A stretch of 62,375 bases of DNA, filler included, from Babesia bigemina (GCF_000981445.1; 13 parts of 13 records of this genome joined end to end with filler, not necessarily neighbours in it); one strand, 5' to 3'; positions 38,034 to 49,907 are shown, counted from the whole stretch's first letter. Program-made: numbers and translations. Notes: generated from the letters alone by a model not told the origin.

Positions 38034-39157
38034 CGCCCAGTCCCCTCAACCTACTAACTTATCAATCACTCAAGCAGCACTCACCAACTGCAACACGTAC
38101 CACTGCCGCTCCCAGTCCCCTCAAGCTGCAAGCATATCAGTCACCTAGCAACGCACTCACCAACTGCAACACGTACCACTGCCGCGCCCAGTCCCCTCAG
38201 CCTGCAAACATATCAATCACTCAAGCAGCACTCACCAACTGCAACACGTACAACTGCCACTCCCAGTCCCCTCAACCTGCGAACATATCAATCACCTAGC
38301 AACGCGCTCACCAACTGCAACACTACCACTGCCGCTACCAGTCCCCTCAACCTGCAGACATATCAATCACATAAGCAACGCACTCACCAACTGCAACACG
38401 TACACTGCCGCTCCCAGTCCCCTCAACCTGCGAACATGTCAATCACCTATGCAAGCACTCACCAACTGCAACACTGCCACTGCCGCTCCCAGTCCCTTCT
38501 GCCTGCAAACATATCAATCACTCAAGCAACGCACTCACCAACTACGACACGTACCACTGCCGCTCCCACTCCCCTCAACCTGCAAACATATCAATCACCT
38601 AGCAACGCACTCACCAACTGCAACACGTACCACTGCCGCTCCCAGTCCCGTCAAGCTGCAAGCATATCATTCACCTAGCAACGCACTCACCAACTGCAAC
38701 ACGTACCACTGCCGCGCCCAGTCCCCTCAGCCTGCAAACATATCAATCACCTAGCAACGCACTCACCAACTGCAACACGTACCACTGCCGCGCCCAGTCC
38801 TCTCAACCTGCGAACATATCAATCACATAACCAACTCACTCACCAACTGCAACACTACCACTGCCCCTCCTAGTCCCTCAACCTGCATAAATATCAATCA
38901 CCTAGCAAGCACTCACCACCTGCAACACTACCACTGCCGCTACCAGTCCCCTCAGCCTGCACGCATATCAATCACCTAGCAACGCACTCACCAACTGCAA
39001 CACTACCACTGCCGCTCCCAGTCTCCTCAGCCTGCGAACATATCAATCACTCAAGCAGCACTCACCAACTGCAACACTACCACTGCCGCTCCCAGTCTCC
39101 TCAGCCTGCGAACATATCAATCACTCAAGCAGCACTCACCAACTGCAACACGTACCC
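38034..39157 (-). repeat. ~75-bp tandem repeat, 15 units, each a 34-36-nt GTGAG..YAG intron-like segment plus a 39-41-nt exon-like segment
   Basis: Minus-strand unit GTGAGTGCGTTGCTAGGTGATTGATATGTTTGCAG|GTTGAGGGGACTGGGAGCGGCAGTGGTACGTGTTGCAGTTG. Confidence 0.93.
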
Positions 39158-39660
39158 TCACCGCTGTATCCCCCCAGCCCAGGCCACCGACACCCACGCT
39201 GCCCAGGATACCACAGCTGCAACTGACGCGACGCATGTCATCAGCACCAACTGTCACTCTAAATTATTCACTATTCGCAACGCCATCAAAATCGCAGCGA
39301 ACCCCGTGCGCTCAACTCCCACAGTGCAGCAGCACCGTGCTACGAGCCGCGGTATCGGCGCCATGCTGGAGGAGCGTGTTCTCTACGTGCCTAAATGTGA
39401 TATTAACAATCACTACATCGATGCCTATAAATGCTAAATAACCTGGCCAACGCCGATTACGCCACCCTGCCAGTGACTCGCAACACACGACTTAGGTCAC
39501 CCGCTGCGGCACTCACGACCGCCTACGTTAGCGATCAATCACCCAGCCTCACGTGACACTCACTCAATGAGCAACGCAAACGCCTCTCACAGTCAACGCA
39601 CAACTCAACGCACCAGGCAATCAACGTGCTACAACAACTACCAAATCACGGTTCATCCGC

Positions 39661-40853
39661 CAGCTTTACACTTTGCCTGGTTGCTAGGTCAGCACTTTGC
39701 CTGGTTGCTAGGTCAACACGTTGCCTGGGTGCTAGGTTAGCACTTAGCCTGGTTGCTAGGTCAACACGTTGCCTGGTTGCTAGGTTAACACATTGCCTGT
39801 GTGCTAGCTCAACACTTTGCCTGGTTGCTAGCTTAGCACTTTGCCCGGGTGCTAGCTTAGCACTTTGCCTGGGTGCTTGCTTACCACTTTGCCCGGTTGC
39901 TAGCTTAGCACTTTGCCTGGTTGCTAGCTTAGCACTTTGCCTGGTTGCTAGCTTAGCACTTTGCCTGTGTGCTAGGTTACCACGTAGCCTGTGTGCCAGC
40001 TTACCACTTAGCCTGCGTGCTAGCTTAGCACTTTGCCTGTGTGCTAGCTTACCACGTTGCCTGGGTGCTTGCTTAGCACTTTGCTTGGGTGCTTGCTTAG
40101 CACTTTGCTTGGGTGCTTGCTTAGCACTTTGCTTGGGTGCTTGCTTACCACCTTGCCTGGTTGCTAGCTTAGCACGTTGCCTGGTTGCTAGCTTATCACT
40201 TAGCCTGTGTGCTAGCTTAGCACATTGCCTGGACGCTAGGTTAACACTTTGCCTGAGTGCTAGCTCAGCACTTTGCCTGGTTACCAGCTTACCACTTTGC
40301 CTGTGTGCTAGCTTACCACGTTGCCTGTGTGCTAGCTTAGCACTTCGCCTGGTTGCTAGCTTAGCACTTCGCCTGGGTACTAGGTTAACACTTTGCCTGG
40401 GTGCCAGCTTACCACGTTGCTTACGTGCCAGCTTAGCACGTTGCCTGGTTGCCAGCTTAGCACTTTGCCTGGGTGCCAGCTTAGCACGTTGCCTGCTTGC
40501 TAGCTTACCACGTTGCTTACGTGCCAGCTTAGCACGTTGCCTGGTTGCTTGCTTAGCACTTTGCCTGTGTGCTAGGTTAGCACTTAGCCTGGGTGCCATC
40601 TTAGCACTTTGCCTGGATGCTAGCTTAGCACTTTGCCCGGGTGCTAGGTCAACACGTTGCCTGGTTGCTAGTTTAGCACTTTGCCTGGTTGCTAGCTTAC
40701 CACGTTGCCTGGTTGCTAGCTTAGCACTTTGCCTGAGTGCTAGCTTACCACGTTGTCTGGTTGCTAGCTTACCACTTTGCCTGGGTGCCAGCTTAGCACT
40801 TAGCCTGTGTGCTAGCTTAGCACTTTGCCTGGTTGCTAGCTTAGCACTTTGCT
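39661..40853. repeat. 24-bp minisatellite (CTTTGCCTGGTTGCTAGCTTAGCA), ~50 units, 3' of a ves1 gene
   Basis: Tandem units without indels; yields octapeptide ORFs on both strands (LALCLVAS / AKLATRQS). Confidence 0.95.
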
Positions 40854-40998
40854 TCGTCGTTCAGTCATCACTTTATTTTAACGCTATCTAGTTCACAGGT
40901 TGCCGCTAGAGTAATTCGAGACATTAGACTACGTTTGGTTTTTAGGTGAGTAGGTGATATGTTAGGTGAGTTGATGTGAGTTACAGATGTGAATACAA

Positions 40999-43900
40999 TT
41001 ACGGTTGTAGATACGATATCTTGGCAAGCCTTCCGACTTGCGCTGTAGTCAACAATGACTGCGCCGTTATCTTGTGCGATGACGGTATCCTCAGGTGTGA
41101 GCGTATGTGGAGCACATCCAGTCTGCCGACCATTACGCAAATGAGGTAGAAGAGGGATAGTGACCAGAGTGCGAGGACGAGGTAAGTGAAGGGTTCTCTG
41201 ATGGTCCAAATGAAGTTGTCACATTCCGTGAATAGCTTTTTGAAATATTCCGATTTCAACACCCTGTCCAGCTGAGAGCAGAAATCAGAACACTTCTTAG
41301 CCGATGTCTCATTATTTAATGTCGCCGCGTTACCAAAACAGAAACCGAACTGGTACAGTGTTGCGGATACACCCTTGCACTGAACCATCGATGGACACTT
41401 GCAATGAGGCTTTGCAGGCTCACCTTCTTTCTGCTCGACGAGCCCATGCTGTCCACGCTTACATTTATCAGCACGCAGACACGTATGACAGCCCCAGTCT
41501 TGGCAGAAAATGTTCTTGAATGCGTTACACAAATTGTTCAGTTGAGTCCAGAAATCCCACGGCAGGTAGACAGCCCATGTAAGGTACGTGGCAAAGTTCT
41601 TATGAGCAAGATATTGATACGTGTCCGAACACAGTGTGGATAGGTATGGAGCGCAGCGCATATAACTGTCCTCGCAACTTCTAGTCATGCATAGGCTAGA
41701 TACATCGGCATAGACTTCGAGATGATTCAGATGGCGGTGCTCATGCTGACTGTTGCCATAAGCGTCACGAAGTGCATTGGTAAGATTACCCGTGTCGGTG
41801 TAGAGCTTAATGGAGAGTTTCTGAATAGATGCTTCAATCTTAGTTTGTGATACTGGTTTTATACCTACATTATTTAGATAAGATTTAACATTGACCCACT
41901 TATTAACCAAGCTTAACCCGAAACCGAAATGCTCCGGCAGCGTCTTCGGCGGAGTCGGTGACAAGCCGAACAATGATGAAACCACGCCACTACCTAAGAA
42001 TTCTCGAATCATCTCACCTAGCTGACGGCCTGTTTTCGTCGACCCAGAAAACGCTCTGAAACCCAGCGGTGTGACGCACGGCATTCCCAGCCTAGAAGTG
42101 GAGGGGCAAGTGGAGCATTTAGATTTGCATCCAACAGACTCCAATCTGTGTGGCAGGTAGCCGAGTAGAGAGTCACTTAGGTAGTTCATCAATGGCGATG
42201 TTGGTTGACAATTTGGTTTGCAGTTTGGTTGACAGTTTGGTAGGCACGCTGCTTCGTCCGTTGGCTTGATGTTGCAGTGCGATTTGGTTGTAGGTACGTC
42301 CCTGCCGTAGTGACAGTCGGCCCATCCGTAGTTCTTGTCTGCGACACTGCATCGTTCAAACAAAAATCTGAGCGGCTGCAAAATTCTGCGCAGGAAGTCA
42401 AGCAACATCTGCAAACAATCTTCGCCGGAGCTCGGGTAGTACAAATTCAGCGTGTTATTCGAATAGTCGCAAGCGTAGAATGTCGCCGCGTCGCCGTGGC
42501 CAACAACGGTAGTGAGCAAATCGTACGATTTCGAACAAAGGTAGTCCAGTACCTTGCATATGTTCTTATACGTGATCTTCTGCGGGTGCGCCTCCAGGTA
42601 CGACTTCTCAATGTCAAATACGGTTATCTCTCCGTCGCCAGCAAGCGGCGTATCCGGATTATCAAGCACGTTGGTGAACCCGTCTGATAGCAGCGCCTGG
42701 TACGCGGAAGTGTAAGTGAGCCCTGAAAGCCACACCAGCATCTCGAATACGGTACATGGCGTTCTAGGTTTGGGGAGTATAGCGATGTGACACGCTTCGT
42801 TGTACTTGTCTATGTGATAAAGAATGCATTTGAGAATGTCAAAAAGATTAAAGAGGACGTTAGACTTGCGTTCATTCGACTCACACTGCTTAAGATGATC
42901 GTTGTCTTTCGCACCGGTGACCCTAAAGCTAAGTCTGTTGGCGACGTATTCGCCGTTTATGACGTCCTTGTTCTGTAGCTCCCAGTGCTGTTTGTCGCTC
43001 TCTGATACTCTGAAGCCGTGCCGTAGGAACAACCTGCCAAGATCAGAGGTCGAGTGAATTTGGTGACCCTTCAGACTGTTGCAATTTATCCTCAAGTCAT
43101 GCACAGCATCGTAAATTGTGGAAAAAGCGGTCAAAAATATTTTGGCGCAGTATGTAGTCTCCGGGTTATTCTCCTGCTCCCAGTTGATATTGCTGGCGCC
43201 GTCGTAGACGGAGACGTATGCCTTGGACAGCTCCCCTGCCAGACCGTGGAGACCGGACTTGAGCACATCTAGCATCGCATTGGACAGATCGCCGAACTGT
43301 TTAGGTGCGCAATGCTCCAGTTTGCTAACGAGGTCACTGATGTTCTGGCTGAATGTGTGATCGAAGTGGTGAGATGTGTTAAGGTCATTGAATAATCTGG
43401 ATACAGCAGAAAATGGCGACGAGAGACGTGCAACGTCTGCGTCTAAATTGTTCTGTGTTTTCAGTTCTTGGACGAAATAGTTGATACTATGGCTGAACTT
43501 CGACGACAAATCGTGGAGAGTCTCCGGTGGATTGGCGGCATAACCGCTAAAATTTGGATTAAAAGTGTATTCAAACCTGTGCATGAATCCGTGGAGGCCG
43601 ATGACCAGATCGTGATCCATCTCCTGTGGCAGCCCAGTAAGCTCCTCGGCGACCTTTGTGGAGAAGAGTGTCAACATGTCGCTGACGAAAGAGACGTACT
43701 GCTTACGAGCTTGCTGCGTGATCGTGTACACTGCACGTTTCACTTGTTGATTGACCTGCTCTTGAGTCTGCTTCACGTATTTGTCACGCACGTGGTCGGC
43801 GTATGTATTCAGGAGGTATCTGAGTTTAGTGATGGGCTCGGCCTTCACGTCGCTGTGAAGTGTGTCTAGTCTACCCTGTAGAGCTTGAAGGCTGTCGGTT

Positions 43901-46020
43901 ATATTAGGCTTGTCTTTCGATATCTTCTGTTTTAGGTCGTTCAGTCTGCCTCTGAGCCTGTCGTTCACTTCCTTTTCGTCATCCGTCGTTAGCGCTTTCA
44001 TAATATCATCAGATAGCGCACGAAGGTGTTTGGTTAGATTTTGAGCATAATCTATAACGCCCTGTTTAGATTCCTCGGCAAACGTGGCAAACTTCTCTAC
44101 TTCATCGTTGAGGGGCTGAAGATGTTGAATAACAATCTCATCAATTTCCGTCTGAAGATTTGCCTCACCTGTGATGGCGGCACCTATGAGGAGCTCGACA
44201 AATTCTGAATTAACGGCTGCGGTCTTATTGCTGAGAGCTTCCTTGACTGCTTGGAGCGTCTGGATATATATTTTAGATGCCGGAGGATTCTCGCCCTCCC
44301 ACGTGCTCACAGCTGCTTGGATATTCGTAAAGAACCTCTCCAAATTCTTACCAAGAGTGGGATCCCCATGCTTCTCATTGGCAGTCTCTAGCAATCCTCC
44401 CACATGTCTTATCTTCCCCAGCGCAGTACCACCCAAAGCATTAAGACCCGGAGTTTGACCATCCATTGCCACAGCTGCTGTCGCCGCTACTTTCAAAGAA
44501 TCCACTAATTCTCCAACATATCCTTCAACGTTCTGCTTAATTTTGCTCATGAGCTTTTCAATCTGAAGTGACAGATTCCAGTCGCCTTCCTTCCACTTCT
44601 CCAACTGTTGTGGCTCCTTTACTTTGCTTTGAACCTCATTAAGCTTCTTCATAACGCAGTCTTTATCTTCACCATCTCCATCCTTCCCTTTAATGAGCGT
44701 AAAAACCTTATCGTATTCAGATTTAGCAGCTTCGAATTGTCCGTGCAGCACACCGGCCTCAACCTTCAGCTTATCGGCAACATCTTTTATTTTATACGGA
44801 TTAGTATCCGAATTGTCATCCTTAAGCGCATTTAATATTTCCTGAACCAGTTTGTAAGATTCTTCTACAACCATGTCTGCCTTCGTTATCCAATCCGTAA
44901 GACCATTAATGCATTGCTTAAGTTTTTCATTGATGCTGTCGAGATTCTTCACAATAACCGAAATTTTCTCCTTCAAGTCGGCGACAAGTTTCTCCACATC
45001 TATCTTAATTTTTTCATTCACATTGCAATTAAGTCCGTGAAGAGTCTCCTTAATAATTTTCTCCGTGGCCTCCAAACCTCTCTGCTGCTTTGCGTGGATA
45101 TCTTCGAGTTTCTTACTTTCATGGGCAATATTAATTTTTACACGCTCAATATTTTGACGTAATTGAGGATTCAAATCGGCAACATCTTCGTGTGCCCTTC
45201 TAATATTTTTGCCGAATTCTCTGGCATTTTGTCTGCATTCCTTAACTAACTTCTCAACCTTAGTGACCTGGGCATCCTTAACTTCCGGGGATCCAGCAAC
45301 ATCGTCTACGCGAATGCCATTGAAATCTCTATTAAAATTACCGCCATGTGTGACGTATTTGAGTAGCTTACTTGTAATAGTTTTGACATTTTCATTTGAC
45401 CTCTTCACCCTCTCATTATACCCCCGCACCCCTTCGACCACACTTCCAATCGCAGCATTAAAACCTTTTTTACCGGCGTGTTTATTGGTGTTAAGAATGT
45501 TAATTGCATTATTTAAAGTATCTTTATGCTGCCCTAAATGCTCTTTGATGTTACTGAGAACGCCACTCAAAAATCCCATCACCCCGTCACACAGCCTATC
45601 CAGGTCAGAGTACACAATCCCACCGCCATCGTAGCCTTTGGAGTCAGAGTTGAAGCCGAGGAAGGTTTCGAGGCCAGTGCATAGGTTATTAAGCAAATCA
45701 TGTGGATAATTTGTGTTGCTTTCATTTGCTTTTTTAAAGTTCTCAAGTTTCTCTATCTTCTCCTTGATGCTCTGACAATTCGAAGGATCTTGACAATCAA
45801 GATTATTATGAATATCATTTTGAAAGTTTTTACACTTTTTTTGCCGTTCAGTAAGGATATCTAAAGCATTCTTAACGGCTTTCTTAACACTCTCACTCTC
45901 ACCAACAAATCCGCCAAGTTGACCAGCAAGGTGACCAAGGCTAACAAGCTTGGACTCAATGCCATCCAAGGCTCTTTTAGTAGCATCGTCAGTGAGAGAA
46001 TGGTCAGTATCAGCAAATTC
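40999..46020 (-). CDS. ves1: ves1-like antigen, near full length (~1670 codons), YLQP tail class, no start ATG
   Basis: N-terminal LCTGLETFLGF..GIVYSDLDRLCDGVMGFL, coiled-coil middle, Cys-rich C-terminal domain, TM (FTYLVLALWSLSLFYLICVMV), tail RLDVLHIRSHL..SSHKI..YLQP. The frame opens after TAA at 46021-46023. Confidence 0.92.
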   Translation of the reverse strand, partial: EFADTDHSLTDDATKRALDGIESKLVSLGHLAGQLGGFVGESESVKKAVKNALDILTERQKKCKNFQNDIHNNLDCQDPSNCQSIKEKIEKLENFKKANESNTNYPHDLLNNLCTGLETFLGFNSDSKGYDGGGIVYSDLDRLCDGVMGFLSGVLSNIKEHLGQHKDTLNNAINILNTNKHAGKKGFNAAIGSVVEGVRGYNERVKRSNENVKTITSKLLKYVTHGGNFNRDFNGIRVDDVAGSPEVKDAQVTKVEKLVKECRQNAREFGKNIRRAHEDVADLNPQLRQNIERVKINIAHESKKLEDIHAKQQRGLEATEKIIKETLHGLNCNVNEKIKIDVEKLVADLKEKISVIVKNLDSINEKLKQCINGLTDWITKADMVVEESYKLVQEILNALKDDNSDTNPYKIKDVADKLKVEAGVLHGQFEAAKSEYDKVFTLIKGKDGDGEDKDCVMKKLNEVQSKVKEPQQLEKWKEGDWNLSLQIEKLMSKIKQNVEGYVGELVDSLKVAATAAVAMDGQTPGLNALGGTALGKIRHVGGLLETANEKHGDPTLGKNLERFFTNIQAAVSTWEGENPPASKIYIQTLQAVKEALSNKTAAVNSEFVELLIGAAITGEANLQTEIDEIVIQHLQPLNDEVEKFATFAEESKQGVIDYAQNLTKHLRALSDDIMKALTTDDEKEVNDRLRGRLNDLKQKISKDKPNITDSLQALQGRLDTLHSDVKAEPITKLRYLLNTYADHVRDKYVKQTQEQVNQQVKRAVYTITQQARKQYVSFVSDMLTLFSTKVAEELTGLPQEMDHDLVIGLHGFMHRFEYTFNPNFSGYAANPPETLHDLSSKFSHSINYFVQELKTQNNLDADVARLSSPFSAVSRLFNDLNTSHHFDHTFSQNISDLVSKLEHCAPKQFGDLSNAMLDVLKSGLHGLAGELSKAYVSVYDGASNINWEQENNPETTYCAKIFLTAFSTIYDAVHDLRINCNSLKGHQIHSTSDLGRLFLRHGFRVSESDKQHWELQNKDVINGEYVANRLSFRVTGAKDNDHLKQCESNERKSNVLFNLFDILKCILYHIDKYNEACHIAILPKPRTPCTVFEMLVWLSGLTYTSAYQALLSDGFTNVLDNPDTPLAGDGEITVFDIEKSYLEAHPQKITYKNICKVLDYLCSKSYDLLTTVVGHGDAATFYACDYSNNTLNLYYPSSGEDCLQMLLDFLRRILQPLRFLFERCSVADKNYGWADCHYGRDVPTTKSHCNIKPTDEAACLPNCQPNCKPNCQPTSPLMNYLSDSLLGYLPHRLESVGCKSKCSTCPSTSRLGMPCVTPLGFRAFSGSTKTGRQLGEMIREFLGSGVVSSLFGLSPTPPKTLPEHFGFGLSLVNKWVNVKSYLNNVGIKPVSQTKIEASIQKLSIKLYTDTGNLTNALRDAYGNSQHEHRHLNHLEVYADVSSLCMTRSCEDSYMRCAPYLSTLCSDTYQYLAHKNFATYLTWAVYLPWDFWTQLNNLCNAFKNIFCQDWGCHTCLRADKCKRGQHGLVEQKEGEPAKPHCKCPSMVQCKGVSATLYQFGFCFGNAATLNNETSAKKCSDFCSQLDRVLKSEYFKKLFTECDNFIWTIREPFTYLVLALWSLSLFYLICVMVGRLDVLHIRSHLRIPSSHKITAQSLLTTAQVGRLAKISYLQP

Positions 46021-46203
46021 TTATAATGGTTTATAGAGGTCATAGCGTTAATAAGACGAGCTAATTCGAGAGATTTGGAGATAGGGTGAACATGATGGGA
46101 CATGGCAGTGGCAAGAGGTGGAAGAAGGGAAGTGAAGGGTGACAAGGCACAAGTTTTGAGGATGGTTTATGGAGGTCATAGCGGTATTATGGCGAGGTGA
46201 TTC

Positions 46204-47031
46204 GAGCGATGTAGAGTGGGTTAGGGAGCGATGTAGAGTGGATAAAGGGGCGATGTAGAGTGGATAAAGGGGCGATGTGGAGTGGATAAGGAAAGATGTA
46301 GAGTGGGTTAAGGGGCGATGAAGAGTGGGTTAGGGAGCGATGTAGAGTGGGTTAGGGAGCGATGTGGAGTGGAGTAAGGGGCGATGTAGAGTGGATAAAG
46401 GAGCGATGTAGGGTGGATTAAGGGGCGATGTAAGGTGAGTTAGGGAGCGATGGAGAGTGGATAAGGGAGCGATGTGGAGTGGGTTAAGGAGCGATGTAGA
46501 GTGGGTAAAGGAGCGATGTAGAGTGGATAGAGGAGCGATGTAGAGTGGGTTAGGGAGCGATGTGGAGTGGGTTAGGGAGCGATGTGGAGTGGGTAAAGGG
46601 GCGATGTAGAGTGGATAAAGGGGCGATGTAGAGTGGGTAAGGGGCGATGTAGAGTGGATAAAGGGGCGATGTAGGGTGGGTAAAGGGGTGATGAAGGGTG
46701 GTTAAAGGAGCGATGTAGAGTGGATTAAGGGGCGATGTAGAGTGGGTAAATTGGCGATGTAGGGTGGATTAGGGAGGTATGTAGGGTGGATAAAGGGGCG
46801 ATGTAGAGTGGAGTAAGGGGCGATGTAGAGTGGAGTAAGGGGCGATGTAGAGTGGATAAGGGAGCGATGTAGAGTGGATAAAGGGGCGATGTAGAGTGGG
46901 TAAAGGAGCGATGTGGAGTGGATAAAGGGGCGATGTAAGGTGGATAGAGGAGCGATGTGGAGTGGGTAAAGGAGCGATAAAGGGTGGATAAAGGGGCGAT
47001 GTAGAGTGGGTAAGGGGCGATGTAGGGGGAT
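46204..47031 (-). repeat. 22-bp ves-associated minisatellite 5' of the minus-strand ves1
   Basis: Same unit, oriented with the gene. Confidence 0.97.
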
Positions 47032-47133
47032 NNNNNNNNNNNNNNNNNNNNNNNNNNNNNNNNNNNNNNNNNNNNTTAATTAATTAANNNNNNNNNNNNN
47101 NNNNNNNNNNNNNNNNNNNNNNNNNNNNNNNAT

Positions 47134-48870
47134 GCTGCGCCGAAATTAGGGCGCCCTAAAGTTGACGATTTAGATGATCTTGCGCTGAAGGATGCTGAGG
47201 GTGCAAAAATGTATACCCCCCTGGCCGTGTTTCCCGGGCAATCCCCGTTTGATGACAACCCAAACGTCTGCCAAGCTCCCTGGTACGTCCCCGAGCATTC
47301 CAAAAATCTCATCCCTCCGATCGTAACCCCTCCCCCAGTCACCGATCATCTGCATTCTCCCAAAACGGTCCGAGAAATGCTCTATTGGCTGGTCGGCGTT
47401 GTCGAATTAGGGTACATTGGTTTTATTCGGAAGCATGTTGATGTAGTTTTGGATGATGTTAATACGGACTCCTTCCTGCCTACTAATGTGCTCTTAGTCA
47501 CCAGGAATCTTACAACCGTCACCTCACACGAGATCTCCCAAACCCTCACCGCGGCGTGTCACTATGCGGCTAAAGTTCTACACAGGCTTAAACATAGAGA
47601 CGTTTCGAACGAGACTTCAATTCCCGAGTTCAATGCAGAGTATCGCAATTATTATTACTCCTCTGACCCCGACGGGCTTCTCTGCCAGCTGCGGGACTAC
47701 GCCTACGCCTCCCACCACCAGTTGGAGTTCCTGAAGGCGCAGTGTAATAGGGATAAATCGCTTGGTGGTTGGCAAAGTCATGAGTATGGCAGTGGTATCA
47801 AGGAGCAATCTCCACTCCAGGCGTTCCTGACCGACAGCTGGGACTCCACCTTCCACACCCACTTTTTCGACCCATGTAACATCTGCCTCAAGAGCCGCAT
47901 CAAGATGGGATTTAGAGACAAGGATTTGCCTAAGACATCGCAACAGGGCAGTGTCATTTCTGCCATCCTCACTCCCAGCTGCGGCGGTGAGGACCCCTTG
48001 ATGACGTTGTCCTCCTACCTCAACTGCCTCACCAGGCGGACGCCGCGCACCACTGGGGAACTCGTCTCGTTCTTCCAGCATTTCGGGAGTGAGATGCTCA
48101 ATGGTAGTGATCAGACGTTGACTAACCTAGGAAAGGCCATCACCGAGCCTCCAGCGCTCTACCCCAATTGGGATCATTTCGAGGCTCACGACCTACGAGC
48201 GGTGCGGGATATACGGCGTCCCGAGTCTCCTGTCTCCAAACACGACAATGACCACGCCGGGACGCTGTCGACACTGCTGGGCTGCGACAGTGTTACTTCC
48301 AACGGTCCTAAACTTCTGTCGCCAATCACCTACCGGGCATATGCCCTGTACTCCCCGGCCTTCGCCCAGACATACCTCAGCTGGACGGTCTACCTGGCCG
48401 ATGTACTCCGAGACTCACTGGATCGGCTGCGATATGATTTCAAGACGCATACATGTTCCGGGAATAAATCATTCAACCAGTGTGACATGGCTATGCCCCT
48501 CCTCTACCTACACGGGCTCACGCCACCGGAGGGCATATCGCAGTCATCACTCGCGTGTTCGGAGCTCATCACCAAGCTGGAGGAAGTGGTAAACGGTGGA
48601 CCTATCGCGAAGCTCATCACGTGCATGGATGAGTTCCTCTACAGGGTACGTGGGCCATTCATCTACACGGTTATCGCACTGTGGTCCACCGCATTCCTCA
48701 TCTTCGCCAAAACGATGATCTACCGCTTGGACGTGCTCCACATCCGCTCACACCTTATCCGCTCCACGGCTTCACACCGCATCGACGTCAAGGCCTTACT
48801 CACGAAAGGACGCAAGATGCTCTCACTGTACGGCGTCGACTACTTCGACGATGACCCGATGCTCTCATAG
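47134..48870 (+). CDS. ves1: ves1-like antigen, C-terminal part, second tail class (..VDYFDDD); 5' truncated by linker
   Basis: PKTVREMLYWL, SPLQAFLTD, MGFRDKDLP, TPRTTGELVSFF, YLSWTVYL, TM, RLDVLHIRSHLIRSTASHRIDVKALLTKGRKMLSLY; the frame is open from the contig start. Confidence 0.88.
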   Translation, partial: AAPKLGRPKVDDLDDLALKDAEGAKMYTPLAVFPGQSPFDDNPNVCQAPWYVPEHSKNLIPPIVTPPPVTDHLHSPKTVREMLYWLVGVVELGYIGFIRKHVDVVLDDVNTDSFLPTNVLLVTRNLTTVTSHEISQTLTAACHYAAKVLHRLKHRDVSNETSIPEFNAEYRNYYYSSDPDGLLCQLRDYAYASHHQLEFLKAQCNRDKSLGGWQSHEYGSGIKEQSPLQAFLTDSWDSTFHTHFFDPCNICLKSRIKMGFRDKDLPKTSQQGSVISAILTPSCGGEDPLMTLSSYLNCLTRRTPRTTGELVSFFQHFGSEMLNGSDQTLTNLGKAITEPPALYPNWDHFEAHDLRAVRDIRRPESPVSKHDNDHAGTLSTLLGCDSVTSNGPKLLSPITYRAYALYSPAFAQTYLSWTVYLADVLRDSLDRLRYDFKTHTCSGNKSFNQCDMAMPLLYLHGLTPPEGISQSSLACSELITKLEEVVNGGPIAKLITCMDEFLYRVRGPFIYTVIALWSTAFLIFAKTMIYRLDVLHIRSHLIRSTASHRIDVKALLTKGRKMLSLYGVDYFDDDPMLS

Positions 48871-49907
48871 ACCATCCTAAATGATTACGAGTATTGCACG
48901 TACAACAATGCTTCATGTAGCATACAAATTAGATTCGCATCTTCATGGTCTTAGTTGCAGCCACAGGTGCCTAGTCGTGTAGACACAACATATAGGGAAA
49001 GTAATTGCAGAAATTAATTGAAATGTAGCATCAATAGTGTCGCATATCGGAGTGTTCATAACGTGCATGATGTGCCTTGATGTAGTATTTTGCAATTCAT
49101 ACGCCACGATTCACAGCCCAGTTGGCGACCAACATGGTACCAGACAGGAGATCAGGGGCGCGACCAGAGAGCCAGGCGAATTGCGAGGTAGGAGGGTGCA
49201 CAGGGGTGGTGCAAGGGGCATTAAGGTGCGTGAAAGGAAGGCGAAATAGAATACGCAGAAGGGAAAGTGGACGTGTATGAAGGGGAGAGGAGTGAGCAGG
49301 GAGGCAAGGAAGAGAATAAAGTGAAGGGGTAGAATGGGTTGGGAGAGGCGAGGAGGCGAGAGAGGGTGTTGAGAAGATGCTATGGCAGTGTAAAACGGTG
49401 GGGAAAGAGTGGGCGAAAATGTCAGGGGATTTGAAGAGTCGGCGACGTGGCGATGTGGCATAAGATAGGGAGCCACGTTAAGGGGGACCGGGACAGGTGG
49501 GAGAGGTTGAACAGGATGGAAAGCAAAATTATGAAAATAATGATAGCATCACGGACGGCAAATCAGCACCGGCTCGGGACTTATCCGAAAAGTGTTTATG
49601 ATGCCGTGCAGACGGGATGCCACCAGCATCGTGGAGGAGTCGTCGACCAACACGGGTTTGAGGGGACGGTTCAGCGGTTCAGTTGCTTATTGACTGTCAC
49701 CGTTGAGCAGATTCGGTGGCCAAACAACTTTTGGCAACCTACGCCAGTGGGTGAAACGCTAGCCAGGGAAACGCGAAACCCGGGTCAAGCCAAACGCGGC
49801 AGTTTAGACACTGGATGATAGCGAACTAGGGTGTAGGGATTATTGATGAAACAGTGTGCTGTCATTTCAGAGTACCGTGCGATAAGTGCGATAATACAAA
49901 GCGTCAG

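Noticed and set aside
49111..49476. Pro/Leu/Phe-rich ORF in a purine-skewed tract
   Set aside because: Low-complexity compositional artefact with no supporting features.
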